Assembly: GCA_965216325.1 (NCBI GenBank)
Contig: OZ244160.1
Location: forward strand, 2,720,001-2,784,000
DNA: 64,000 bases
Source of the DNA: Coraliomargarita sp.
Lineage (GTDB): Bacteria; Verrucomicrobiota; Verrucomicrobiia; Opitutales; Coraliomargaritaceae
Direction of reading: 5' to 3'
Of the stretch, positions 26,542-40,876 are shown piece after piece; position 1 is the first letter of the stretch, and each line of letters begins with the position of its first letter. The notes under the pieces were generated by a model. It had not been told where the DNA came from. It did not search any database and was given only the letters and a program-made list of their open reading frames with translations. Position numbers and translations under genes: made by a program.

Positions 26542-26610
26542 TTCTTAATCTTACTCCTAATCTCCAGTGACTCAGAGGATTAAGATTAAGAGTAGGATTA
26601 GGATTAAGAG
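26542..26610. repeat. Hexamer tandem inverted repeat (TCTTAA/TCCTAA ... GATTAA/GATTAG)
   Basis: Same pattern at 28473, 39843 and 54900. Confidence 0.75.
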
Positions 26611-26628
26611 GCAGCCCTATGGGCTGGA

Positions 26629-28407
26629 TCACATTCGCTCGAGCGCAGTGATACCGAGCAACTCAAGGCCAGTCTTCAGCACGGTGCGGGTGCGCGCACA
26701 GAGCAGCAGACGGCGGGCTTTGACGGCGTCGTCGTCGACCATCACCTTGTCGGCATTGTAGAAACTGCTGTAGGCCCCGGCCAACTCATACAGATAGGTG
26801 CAGAGGAAGTGGGGGCGCAGGTCGTTCAGCGTCAGCTCCAGCGCGTTGACGAAGCCCATCAACTTGCGAGCCAGTGCGTGCTCCGCGTCGGTCTCCAGCG
26901 GGCTAGCTCCGGTAATTTCCGCCTCCGGATCGAGTTCGCACTTGCGGAAGATGCTGTTGATACGCGCAACTGCGTAGAGCAGGTAAGGTGCGGTGTTACC
27001 CTCGAAGCTGAGCATGCGGTCCCAGTTGAAGACGTAGTCCTGCGTGCGATTGCTGGACAGGTCGGCGTATTTCAGCGCGCCCACACCCACGGCATCCGCC
27101 ACTTCAGCTTGCTCTGCTTCAGACAGATCCGGGTTCTTTTGCTTAACGACAGCCAGCGCACGTTCGCGGGCTTCGTCGAGCAGGGCTTGCAACTTAATGG
27201 TCTCACCGGACTTGGTTTTGAACGGCTTCTTGTCCTCGCCCAGAATGGTGCCCCACCACACGTGGCTCATTGCCGGCAGTGGGTAGTCCTTCGCCTTAAA
27301 CCACTTTTCAGTGGTCAGGAACAGTTGTTGGAAGTGGTCCTGTTGGCGGGCGTCGGTCAGGTAAATGACGTCGTCGGCCTTGAACTCTTCGACACGGTAA
27401 AGGATGGTCGCGAGGTCGGTGGACGCGTAGTTGGACGCGCCGTCTTTCTTGCGGATGTTGAAGGGGTAGGGACGCTCATTGTCGCGCGCGAATTTCTTGA
27501 CTTCATCGTGCCAGACCACGAGTGCGCCGTCACTCTCCTCGGCGAGGCCGATTTCGCTCAATTCGCTGTAGATGCGGTCGACCTTGTCGCGGTAGAAGGA
27601 CTCGCCGAGCGCGATGTCGACGTGCACGCCCATCTGCTTAAAGAGCTTGTCGAAGGCTGCCATGGAGATGTCGACGATCTGGTGCCAGAGGGCAGTGTTC
27701 TCTTCGTCGCCTTCCTGCAGCTTCACCAGCTCATTGCGGGAAATATCGCGCAGTTCCGGTTCGTCGCGTTCGAGTGCGGAGCCGTCTTTGTAAAGTTGGT
27801 CGAGGGCAGCGAGCGGGTTGTCGCCGATGTTGGCGAGGTCGATGCCGTCGCGCTTGATCTTCATGATCAGCGTGCCGAAATTGGTGCCCCAGTCGCCGAT
27901 GTGGTTATCACGAATCGTGTCCGCACCGCAGAAGTCGAGTAGGCGGGCGATTGCTTCGCCGATGACCATCGGGCGCAGGTGGCCGATGTGTGCCTGTTTG
28001 GCGGTATTCGCGCTGGGATAGTCGATTACGACCTTGCGGCCTTTCTTGAGGTCGCCAGCACCGGACTGATAGTCCTCGCTGGTGGAGTATTGCTCCAGCC
28101 ACTTCCAGAGAAAGGCGGTGGTGAATTTGAAATTGATGAAGCCCGGGCCCGCGATGGACAGCTCAACCATCTCCGGATCGAATTTTCCGGAGGCCTGTGC
28201 AGCATCGATCAGCTTTTGCGCCAGTTCGCGTGGATTGGCCTTGTTGCGCTTGGCAAAGCCGAGCACACCGTTCGCTTGGAAGTCGCCAAACTTCGGGTCC
28301 GCTGGGCGCACGCCGGGTGCAAACTCAGGGCCGAAGCCTTCGGTTTCGGCGGCGATTTCCGCGAGTGCATTTTCAATTGCTAAAGATGGGTTGAACCAGA
28401 CCTGCAT
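26629..28407 (-). CDS. argS: Arginine--tRNA ligase
   Basis: GPGFIN, HIGH, HIGDWG, GNTAPYLLYA, C-terminal ERM. Confidence 0.97.
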   Translation of the reverse strand: MQVWFNPSLAIENALAEIAAETEGFGPEFAPGVRPADPKFGDFQANGVLGFAKRNKANPRELAQKLIDAAQASGKFDPEMVELSIAGPGFINFKFTTAFLWKWLEQYSTSEDYQSGAGDLKKGRKVVIDYPSANTAKQAHIGHLRPMVIGEAIARLLDFCGADTIRDNHIGDWGTNFGTLIMKIKRDGIDLANIGDNPLAALDQLYKDGSALERDEPELRDISRNELVKLQEGDEENTALWHQIVDISMAAFDKLFKQMGVHVDIALGESFYRDKVDRIYSELSEIGLAEESDGALVVWHDEVKKFARDNERPYPFNIRKKDGASNYASTDLATILYRVEEFKADDVIYLTDARQQDHFQQLFLTTEKWFKAKDYPLPAMSHVWWGTILGEDKKPFKTKSGETIKLQALLDEARERALAVVKQKNPDLSEAEQAEVADAVGVGALKYADLSSNRTQDYVFNWDRMLSFEGNTAPYLLYAVARINSIFRKCELDPEAEITGASPLETDAEHALARKLMGFVNALELTLNDLRPHFLCTYLYELAGAYSSFYNADKVMVDDDAVKARRLLLCARTRTVLKTGLELLGITALERM

Positions 28408-28472
28408 CGCGCCAGAGAAAAACCTGTGTGAACGGGGTCAAGCTCCATTCAGGGCGTGAAGCGACCTTAATG

Positions 28473-28559
28473 CTCGTAATCTTAATCCTACTCTTACTCC
28501 TAATCTCACGTCTGGTAGAGATTATGATTAGGATTAAGAGTAGGATTAGGAGTAGGATT
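28473..28559. repeat. Hexamer tandem inverted repeat
   Basis: ctcgtaatcttaatcctactc... / ...gattaggattaagagtagg. Confidence 0.75.
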
Positions 28560-28569
28560 CAGATGGCTT

Positions 28570-28807
28570 GAATGGCACTACCTTAAGAGCATTTCACTTT
28601 CGGATGGATTGGTAGGGCAGTCTCGCTGAGGCTGCCGTTCGCTAAGATGCCGTGAACTACAATTGGTTCAGGATGGCAGGTTGATGCTGTCAGCAATCCA
28701 CGTGACATGGGTATTCTGTATTGTTTGCCGAACGGTCGTCTCGGCGAGACGACCCTACCATAAAGAAGCCTTAGAGAACCCAAATTCACCTTAAGGTAGT
28801 GCCATTC
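28570..28807. repeat. Nested REP-like inverted pairs
   Basis: Outer perfect 18-bp IR at 28570-28587/28790-28807; inner GTAG-REP pair at 28611-28640/28730-28759. Confidence 0.75.
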
Positions 28808-28815
28808 CAGATGGC

Positions 28816-29616
<801 letters not shown>

Positions 29617-29777
29617 GCTTACAGAGGACAGATGTCAGAGCTCAGAAGCCAGAAAATAGTTCCCACTGTTGTCGGCAGGCTGCTGAATCCTGTCTCCTGA
29701 CGACTTAGATCAGATATCTGCAAATTTTTTCTTGCGCTGTGCCTTGTGGCTACCTTTATTCCCGGCTTCCCAATTAC

Positions 29778-29854
29778 GGGGGCTTAGCTCAGTTGGTTAG
29801 AGCGCATCCTTGACATGGATGAGGTCGCAGATTCGAATTCTGTAGCTCCCACCA
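29778..29854 (+). tRNA. tRNA-Val(GAC)
   Basis: Cloverleaf: acceptor GGGGGCT/AGCTCCC, anticodon arm CATCC-TTGACAT-GGATG, TTCGAAT loop, CCA end. Confidence 0.97.
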
Positions 29855-29860
29855 TTTTTT

Positions 29861-29894
29861 AGCCCGTAGGTTCACTGAGCCTGCGGGCTTTTTT
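29861..29894 (+). terminator. Terminator after tRNA-Val
   Basis: AGCCCGTAGG..CCTGCGGGCT plus T-run. Confidence 0.75.
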
Positions 29895-29984
29895 GTGCTT
29901 TTCGTTCAGATCTCAGAATTCTCATCTTCGATGGTCCGATTCACTCCGCGATGCTTCGTGCTCGGTCTTGTCGCTTCGCTCGGA

Positions 29985-30009
29985 TCGAATTCTGTAGCTC
30001 CCACCATTT
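29985..30009 (+). repeat. Direct repeat of the tRNA-Val 3' end
   Basis: TCGAATTCTGTAGCTCCCACCATTT identical to 29833-29857. Confidence 0.9.
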
Positions 30010-30051
30010 ATCCTGCCCGTAGCGTCGACGAGACCTGTGGGCTTTGGGGGG

Positions 30052-30119
30052 CGTAGAACAGGCGTCTCGCCTGTTTCCATCGATACATTGAATGACACAG
30101 GCGAGACGCCTGTGCTACG
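30052..30119. repeat. GTAG-type REP doublet (REPIN-like)
   Basis: CGTAGAACAGGCGTCTCGCCTGT ... ACAGGCGAGACGCCTGTGCTACG. Confidence 0.8.
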
Positions 30120-30122
30120 GCA

Positions 30123-30404
30123 CTACGCGATCTTGGTGATCGTTTCTGCGATCTGTGTCTCTTGTCCGTTCTCTGTTAGGATGAAGAGCTCTTGCAGGCC
30201 TTTGGCAGATTGAGTCACCGCTTTGATCCCGGCGCTATCGATGCGCTGTACTTTGACCGCTCCGGTTCGGCTGTGCTTGCCGAGTGACTTCCCGCCGTAG
30301 GATTGTCCGATGATCACTCCTTGAACCCCGTCAATGGCTTCAATCTTCTGGATGATCTTTTTGCACTCTTTCGAAGTGCTCTGGTGTCGTCCGCGTGAGG
30401 GCAT
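30123..30404 (-). CDS. Small basic protein, DUF2103-like
   Basis: MPSRGRHQST..., LQELF; ATG at 30404 lies downstream of the tRNA-Phe terminator. Confidence 0.7.
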   Translation of the reverse strand: MPSRGRHQSTSKECKKIIQKIEAIDGVQGVIIGQSYGGKSLGKHSRTGAVKVQRIDSAGIKAVTQSAKGLQELFILTENGQETQIAETITKIA

Positions 30405-30416
30405 TGTATTTACAAG

Positions 30417-30440
30417 AAAGCCCGCTCGAAAGCGGGCTTT
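30417..30440 (-). terminator. Terminator after tRNA-Phe
   Basis: AAAGCCCGC-TCGAAA-GCGGGCTTT. Confidence 0.8.
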
Positions 30441-30445
30441 AAAAG

Positions 30446-30549
<104 letters not shown>

Positions 30550-30908
30550 GCTTTGGGCACTCGTCAACCCGCTTTTTACATTTTTTCGCTTCTTTGCTGT
30601 AAATCATTCTAATTGCGTGAACTTAGCACCGAAAACTTTGCAAAATGAGCCTTGGATACGTGGTGGTGAACCGCTCGCTGCGCTAGAGAACGCTGAGGGT
30701 GGGAGTTGTGATTTTGAGGAGCTGGTGGCTCTGTGGCTTGAATTAGAAAGTGCGAAGTCGATGCGGCTACTATCGTAGAAGGAGGTAGCGCGAGTGCGTC
30801 CTCGCACCGCATCTCGGATTGGGTTTCTGGCTAATGCGACGGATGTGCGCACCGAGATTAATCGGTGACTGACTGTAACAGCGGCGCGATGCGGAAATCG
30901 TGCCCTAC

Positions 30909-33197
<2,289 letters not shown>

Positions 33198-33392
33198 ATG
33201 GGTGCTTTCAGAGGTAAAAATGCTGAACCATATGCGTGGTGACTTGAGGGGAAAGCAAAACTGGCAGCAGGAGTGATTTTTCTGTCAAAAAGTGAATAAT
33301 TAGTGAAATGCGTTGTCAGCGCTTGCTGACGTAAGTATCTGCGGTTCTATTTCAGGTCCCTAATTTCAGATTAACTAACCGATACCTCGCGA

Positions 33393-35186
33393 ATGAAGAT
33401 ATACGCTAAGCTCCTGCTGCTTCAGGCTGTTTTGATTGTCTTGTTTTGTGCTCTGGCAGTCTATGTTGGCAAGCGCGGAGAACGTGAAGTGCTGCAAGCT
33501 AAGGAGGAGCTGACTCAGCGTGAAGGGGAGGTGTTCGACCAGATCATGCGCTTGGAGAATGCCAGTCTCCAAACCTTTGCCTTGGACTATTCATGGTGGC
33601 AGGACCTGATCGATTGGATTGAGGAACCGAATCGGGGGATGGAGTTTATCTTAGATCAGTTTGAAGCGGCTCCTGCAACCTATGGGGTTGAAATGATTGC
33701 AGTCTATGACGCGATGGGGTTTCGGCTGACTGATATTTTAGATGCTGAGTTGGCATCTTTGCCGGAGAATAATGCTTTGCCTAAGCTATTGGGGCGGGAG
33801 ATTCGTATGCGTGCTCAGGATGCATTGTTTGAGCACGGCTTTGTGAAGACAGCTTCGGGGGTTTTAGAACTCTACATTGTTCCAGTGCAGCCACAAGAGG
33901 ATCGAGATCGAACTGGTCAACATTTTGGATATCTTGCAGCAGGGCGCTATTGGCGGGAGTCGTTGCTGACTGAGCTGGAAAGCCTTACGGGTGCATCGAT
34001 TGAGATGGTCGAGGCCTCGGTTTTGCCAACAGGTGTGAGCAAGGAGAATTGGACGGGAGAGATTTATTTCAGTCGCGCGTTGAATACGATGGATGGTGAG
34101 TCTTTGTATTACTTAGACATTACCAAACCCTTACCTGTTGCTGACCGTATCCTTAATAAGCAGGTCGAAGCTTTTTGGATAATTCTCAATGCGGCGGGCA
34201 TTGCGATTTTGTTGTTGATTGGGTTTGTGCTGCATGCGGTGTCCCGGCCGCTGAAGTTGCTGTCGGATTCCTTGGAGACGGGACGGTCTGAACGCGTTGA
34301 AGAGTTGTTGTCGACGACTTCTGAATTTAAGCACCTTGCTGAGCTGGTGATTGAAAACCAAGATCAGAAGAAGCGCTTACGTAAGGAGATCACCAGTCAC
34401 GAGCGAACTGAAGATGAGCTCAAGCGCTCGCGCGACTTAGCGGAGAGTGCGAACCGTGCGAAGGCTCGTTTTTTGACGAATATGAGTCATGAAACGCGCA
34501 CGCCTTTGCACCGCATTTCGGGATACGCCTCATTGATGGATGGCACTGAGTTGTCGGATGAGCAGCGGGATTCGCTGGCGCACATTCGGGAGGATTGTAA
34601 TCGCTTGGTGTGTATGCTTTCGGACTTGATTGAGCTTTCTGGCGTCGAGTCGGAGGAGCTGCGTTTGGACAAATCCGTGTTCCCGCTGGAGACGTTGACG
34701 GAAGAACTTTCTGCTGCGGCTATCAGTTTGTGTGCTGGGCGTCCGATCCAAGTGTTGACGGATATCTCGAGTAAGTGTCCGAATAGTCTCTACACAGACT
34801 ATGAACGATTGAGACTAGTATTGCTTAAGCTGATCGACAATGCGGCGAAGTTTACTCAAAAGGGCACAGTCATGTTTGCCGTGTATTGTGTGCACGAGAA
34901 TAGGGATTTGGTCTTTGAGGTTCGCGATACCGGGCTGGGGATTCCACGTGAGGCCACTCGGCAGATCTTTGATGCCTTCTATCAGTTGGATGATTCTGAT
35001 TCGCGCAAGCATCAGGGAGGGGGGCTCGGTCTGGCCATAGCTCGCCAGATTACAGACTTGCTGGGCGGTGAAATTGAGGTCGATAGCGTCGAGGGCGAGG
35101 GCTCTATTTTTCGCATCTATCTGTCGCTTAAGTCCGTTGCGGTTGCGGATGGAAAGTCTGCTAGCCGCTTGGCGGGGTCTGCGTAA
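33393..35186 (+). CDS. Membrane sensor histidine kinase (CHASE4-like sensor)
   Basis: Two TM segments, DYSWW, SHETRTPL H-box, NAAKFT, DTGLGI, GLGLAI. Confidence 0.88.
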   Translation: MKIYAKLLLLQAVLIVLFCALAVYVGKRGEREVLQAKEELTQREGEVFDQIMRLENASLQTFALDYSWWQDLIDWIEEPNRGMEFILDQFEAAPATYGVEMIAVYDAMGFRLTDILDAELASLPENNALPKLLGREIRMRAQDALFEHGFVKTASGVLELYIVPVQPQEDRDRTGQHFGYLAAGRYWRESLLTELESLTGASIEMVEASVLPTGVSKENWTGEIYFSRALNTMDGESLYYLDITKPLPVADRILNKQVEAFWIILNAAGIAILLLIGFVLHAVSRPLKLLSDSLETGRSERVEELLSTTSEFKHLAELVIENQDQKKRLRKEITSHERTEDELKRSRDLAESANRAKARFLTNMSHETRTPLHRISGYASLMDGTELSDEQRDSLAHIREDCNRLVCMLSDLIELSGVESEELRLDKSVFPLETLTEELSAAAISLCAGRPIQVLTDISSKCPNSLYTDYERLRLVLLKLIDNAAKFTQKGTVMFAVYCVHENRDLVFEVRDTGLGIPREATRQIFDAFYQLDDSDSRKHQGGGLGLAIARQITDLLGGEIEVDSVEGEGSIFRIYLSLKSVAVADGKSASRLAGSA

Positions 35187-35272
35187 TACACCAGAATGTA
35201 CGATTCTCGCTAATGGGAATCCTTGACTGTGAGGCGCTTCTGTATCATGCACTGCGGCTCCATTTTTAAGTC

Positions 35273-36547
<1,275 letters not shown>

Positions 36548-36552
36548 CGGCC

Positions 36553-36780
36553 ATGAAGTTTATCCGCATTGCTCATAAGAAACCCGAGTGCATTGGCTGT
36601 ATGCTCTGTGCTGAGGTCGCGCCGAATTATTTTGAGATGGATGAAGGCGGCGAAGCGCAGCTGATTCGCGTGACTCGTGAAGACAGCAGCTTTCAATATG
36701 GCGAGGGCTTCGAAGAGGACCGTCAAATTTTGGAAGAGGCCGAGGAAGGCTGCCCGGTGAACATTATCCGTATTGGCTAA
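36553..36780 (+). CDS. Monocluster ferredoxin
   Basis: CIGCMLC ... GCPVNII. Confidence 0.9.
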   Translation: MKFIRIAHKKPECIGCMLCAEVAPNYFEMDEGGEAQLIRVTREDSSFQYGEGFEEDRQILEEAEEGCPVNIIRIG

Positions 36781-36782
36781 GT

Positions 36783-37037
36783 ATGCCGGAAAAGAACATC
36801 TACATCCAAGCCCTAGAAGCGGAACAGTCAGGCGACTGGAAGCACGCGCATGAGTTAGTGCAGGATTTGGTTACCGCGGAGGCTGCGTGGGTGCATGCTT
36901 ATCTGCATCGCGTTGAAGGTGATGAGTGGAATGCCGAATATTGGTATAACCGTGCGGTGCGTCCAGTCTGCAACTCAAGTTTGGCCGCTGAGTGGGACGC
37001 GCTCTATCAGGAACTCAAAGCTATCGGTGACGCCTAG
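36783..37037 (+). CDS. Conserved hypothetical protein
   Basis: AHELVQ..AWVHAYLHRVEGD..NAEYWY motif; 2-bp gap to ferredoxin. Confidence 0.75.
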   Translation: MPEKNIYIQALEAEQSGDWKHAHELVQDLVTAEAAWVHAYLHRVEGDEWNAEYWYNRAVRPVCNSSLAAEWDALYQELKAIGDA

Positions 37038-37052
37038 TTTGGGTTCTGGCAT

Positions 37053-37135
37053 CTGGAGGGCAATGCTCTGAGATTGCCGATTCGTATTGTAGGCTCCTCG
37101 CACATTAGTGGCAACGGCGCAGCGTTGCCCTCCAG
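37053..37135. repeat. GGAG-type REP doublet
   Basis: CTGGAGGGCAATGC..TTGCC / GGCAA..GTTGCCCTCCAG; related single copy at 51131-51155. Confidence 0.75.
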
Positions 37136-37295
37136 TTGATACCGCTTTACAAAAATTCTCAGCCTTTATTGAGAGCTGAGAGTTGTTCTGGCAAGGCGGG
37201 TGCCTCCAGTTGGGGCGAGCCCCTGCTGGAGGCGAGCAACGCAGCCAGCTTAATTCTCCAGCCTCGTCATTCAGATGCGCGCTCTTGAAGCGGTA

Positions 37296-38390
37296 TTACT
37301 CGGAGCCAGCAGGCAGTTTGATCGTAAAGGTCGTGCCCTTGCTGCTGGTTGTGAATGCGATGCTGCCACGATGCGCATCGACAATGGATTGCACGATCGC
37401 TGTGCCTAAGCCTGTCCCGCCGCTCTTGCCATAGGTGACGAAGGGTTCGAAGAACTTGGTCTGAATTTCCTCTGGGATGCCGGGACCGCTGTCGCGCACA
37501 ACGAGGTGCACGCGCTCACCGACTTCTTCTGCTGAGACGATGACTTCCCCGGAAAGCTCGGTCTGGTGAATGGCTTCGATGGCGTTGGAAACCAGGTTCT
37601 GGAGGACGCGCAGTAACTTCGTGGCATTACCGTAAAGTGTCACGTTGTTGTGCTGCATGTCTACCGACACGGACTCATCGTCGAAGAACAGGCCGTTCAA
37701 TTCTTTGAAGGTGTTAAACAACTGCTCGATACGAATGTGCGCGCGCTCGATTTCCTCCTCGCCGCGAGCGAAGGCTGCGAGATCGTTGGCCATGTCGACC
37801 ATACGGCGTGTTTGAGCAGCGATCATCCCGCAGACTTTGACGGTTTGTGGGTTGTCTCCGTGGAGCTGTTTAATGAGATCCGTTCCGAGGCTAATGGTGG
37901 ACACCGGATTTTTGAAGTCGTGTAGCAGGGAGGATACCATGGTGCCGACCAGCGTCAGCTTTTCGGTGCGCATCACATCCTCCATGTAGTGGGACGTCGT
38001 GCTCTTGAGGTGATGGATCACACTTTCGAGCACCTTGCGCACGGGCTCGGCATCTTCGATAATCTTGACGACGGTTGCCTTCGGCACGCAACCGAGCACG
38101 GCGTCCGGACCGGCGATTGCACGCAGCGCACGGCGCTCTTCAGTGAATACGCCAACTTCGCCGAAGAGTGCACCTTCGCGACATTGGCTGACATTCTGTA
38201 GGCTGCCGTCCCGCTTTACCTTGGAAAACACGACACTGCCTTCGAGTAGCACATAGAGTGCGTCTGGATAACTGTTTTCCTCAAAGATGGTTGCGCCTTC
38301 ACGCGGACTGAGAATCTCGATCTCGGCGAGAATACTGTCTCGGCGTTCTGGCGAGATGCTGCGGATAAATGCGTGTTCGCTTAGCTTCAT
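37296..38390 (-). CDS. Cytoplasmic cNMP-binding-domain histidine kinase
   Basis: N-terminal cNMP domain (LFGEVG), HDFKNP, NAIEA, DSGPGI, GTGLG. Confidence 0.88.
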   Translation of the reverse strand: MKLSEHAFIRSISPERRDSILAEIEILSPREGATIFEENSYPDALYVLLEGSVVFSKVKRDGSLQNVSQCREGALFGEVGVFTEERRALRAIAGPDAVLGCVPKATVVKIIEDAEPVRKVLESVIHHLKSTTSHYMEDVMRTEKLTLVGTMVSSLLHDFKNPVSTISLGTDLIKQLHGDNPQTVKVCGMIAAQTRRMVDMANDLAAFARGEEEIERAHIRIEQLFNTFKELNGLFFDDESVSVDMQHNNVTLYGNATKLLRVLQNLVSNAIEAIHQTELSGEVIVSAEEVGERVHLVVRDSGPGIPEEIQTKFFEPFVTYGKSGGTGLGTAIVQSIVDAHRGSIAFTTSSKGTTFTIKLPAGSE

Positions 38391-38570
38391 GGGGATTCTT
38401 CAGTTTCCGCGGGGGGCGTCTGTTCTGCGGAATTGCGTAGTGTAAAAATCAATACACTAGAGGCAATTGCTAGCGCGAGTAGCACTAGACCCAGAAAGAT
38501 TCCTTTAGGTTCCAATCGGCTCATGAATAAAATATCCGAGCAGTTGATGGGGAAAATACCCCTTTGGCAA

Positions 38571-39779
38571 TTATGAAAGCCGAGTTCGGTAGTCCTCGTA
38601 GCCGAATTTGCGAATAGTTTGCAATCCAGCTTTTTTGCTGTGTGTGCAAATGGCAGGCAGCGGCACGCCGTTGAAGGTCGTGGTCTTGACCATCGTGTAG
38701 TGTGACATGTCGAGAAAGACGAGTCGCTGTCCGACTTGTAGTGGCTTGGGAAAGGAGTAGTCGCCGACCATATCGCCCGCTAGGCAGGACATGCCGCCGA
38801 TGCGATAGTTATGTGGATGCTCGTTGGCTTCGCCAGCACCGAGAATATTCGGGCGGTAGGGCATCTCCAAGACGTCAGGCATGTGGCAAGTTGCCGACGA
38901 GTCCGTGATCACCAGCTGTTTGCCGCCGGCTTCCAAGATGTCGAGCACGGTTACCACGAGCACACCCGTATGCAGGGCAACGGCTTCGCCCGGCTCGAGA
39001 TAGACCTCCAAATCGTAGCGCTCGCGGAAGCGACGCAGCACTCGGATCAGTCGCTCGATGTCATAGCCGGGGCGGGTGATGTGGTGCCCGCCGCCAAAGT
39101 TTAGCCACTTCAGGCCGCCAATCAAATCGCCGAACTTGTGTTCAAAGGCGTCGGCGGTGTGCTCCAGAGCGTCGGCATCTTGCTCGCAGAGTGCATGAAA
39201 GTGCAGGCCATCGAGCTGGTTGAGCAAATCCTTTGGCAGGTTTTTAAGCGCCGCGTCGAGTGCTGCCCGCGTGGTGCCCAGACGTGAGCAGGGCGAGCAG
39301 GGGTCGTAAAGTTCGGTTTCGACTTCCGAATACTCCGGATTGACCCGCAGGCCGAGTTCAGGACGTGGATGCCCGTCGAGTGCGTTGAGTCCGGCTGCTA
39401 GCTGCTGCGCGGAATTAAACACCAGCGTGTGGGCTAAGCGACTGAGCGTTTGCAGCTCGCTGGCTTTGTAAGCCGGCGAGTAGACGTGGACTTCCTTGCC
39501 GAAGTGTTCGTGAGCGAGGAGTGCCTCGTGAAGGCCACTGGAGGTGGTGCCCGCCAAATACTGGGCAATCAGCGGGAAGGTGCTGTGGCAGGCGAAGCCT
39601 TTGAGTGCCAAAAGTATACGTGAGCCGGACGCTTCGGCCACGGATTGCAGCAGATGGCAGTTTTCCTCCAGCCGGTTGAGTTGAACCACGTAAGCCGGTG
39701 AGGGTGCTTGTTCTGCGGGGATGCTTTGCAGTGCCGCGAGACGTTCGGGAGTGAGCGGAGGTGTCGGATCTTGAGCCAT
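38571..39779 (-). CDS. nspC: Carboxynorspermidine decarboxylase
   Basis: LALKGF, YDPC..SRLG, HFHALCE, GGGHHIT, HMPDVLEMPY, CLAGD, YTMVK. Confidence 0.92.
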   Translation of the reverse strand: MAQDPTPPLTPERLAALQSIPAEQAPSPAYVVQLNRLEENCHLLQSVAEASGSRILLALKGFACHSTFPLIAQYLAGTTSSGLHEALLAHEHFGKEVHVYSPAYKASELQTLSRLAHTLVFNSAQQLAAGLNALDGHPRPELGLRVNPEYSEVETELYDPCSPCSRLGTTRAALDAALKNLPKDLLNQLDGLHFHALCEQDADALEHTADAFEHKFGDLIGGLKWLNFGGGHHITRPGYDIERLIRVLRRFRERYDLEVYLEPGEAVALHTGVLVVTVLDILEAGGKQLVITDSSATCHMPDVLEMPYRPNILGAGEANEHPHNYRIGGMSCLAGDMVGDYSFPKPLQVGQRLVFLDMSHYTMVKTTTFNGVPLPAICTHSKKAGLQTIRKFGYEDYRTRLS

Positions 39780-39842
39780 CTGAGATTGCAAAATGTGAAG
39801 CTGCAGTCACTGTGCGAGCCGAAAAATACGCGTGGCGAATGC

Positions 39843-39955
39843 CTCTTAATCGTAATCCTACTCTTAATCTTAATCGATTAAGTGCAACTGTCCGACAGCT
39901 GAGATTAGGATTACCCTTTGGTGAACTCAGGGCGGGAGAGTACGATTAAGAGCAA
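39843..39955. repeat. Hexamer tandem inverted repeat interrupted by a 20-bp motif
   Basis: ctcttaatcgtaatcctactc... / gagattaggattac[cctttggtgaactcagggc]...gtacgattaagagc. Confidence 0.7.
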
Positions 39956-40062
39956 GAACTGGGGAGGTTTTACCTGAAAATCTCTATTTTGAGTCCTTGA
40001 CAGCGGGGAGGGCAGAGGTTTTTCTCCTCCGCTTTTTCAGAACTTTCCAAGGAGATAATACG

Positions 40063-40197
40063 ATGCAACCAACATTTCGACCTTCCAAACTTCGCCGTGC
40101 TCGCAAATTCGGCTATCGCGCCCGTAAAGCTACAGTAGGTGGCCGCAAGGTTATTGCTGCTCGCCGCGCTAAGGGTCGTCGCCGTCTGGCTGCTTAA
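40063..40197 (+). CDS. rpmH: 50S ribosomal protein L34
   Basis: [17 protein letters not shown], 44 aa, AGGAG RBS. Confidence 0.95.
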   Translation: MQPTFRPSKLRRARKFGYRARKATVGGRKVIAARRAKGRRRLAA

Positions 40198-40223
40198 TTG
40201 CTGCCGCGCTTGATTTCGGGGCC

Positions 40224-40570
<347 letters not shown>

Positions 40571-40574
<4 letters not shown>

Positions 40575-40870
40575 GCCAGCAGCCCACAGCATCGATTCCG
40601 GCGCGGCTCGCCGCACTTATTGTGCGTGGCTACCAACTCGTTCTTTCTCCGCTCAAACAACTTTTGTTCGGCACCAGTTGTGGCTGCCGATTTCAACCGA
40701 CTTGCTCCTGCTACACGCGCACGGCGCTCCTTCGATACGGTTTGATCCGTGGTTCGTGGCTCAGCCTCAAGCGTATTTTGCGCTGCCACCCATGGCATCC
40801 GGGAGGATTTGATCCGGTTCCAGACTTGAAAAGCAGTCCGCAAGACGACATGCACCTTCCTTCACTTTAA
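40571..40870 (+). CDS. yidD: Membrane protein insertion efficiency factor
   Basis: CRFQPTCSCY, RILRCHPW, GGFDPVP. Confidence 0.94.
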
Positions 40871-40876
40871 TTCTAG

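Noticed and set aside
26809..27942. 377-aa plus-strand ORF
   Set aside because: Antisense shadow of argS with no recognisable motifs
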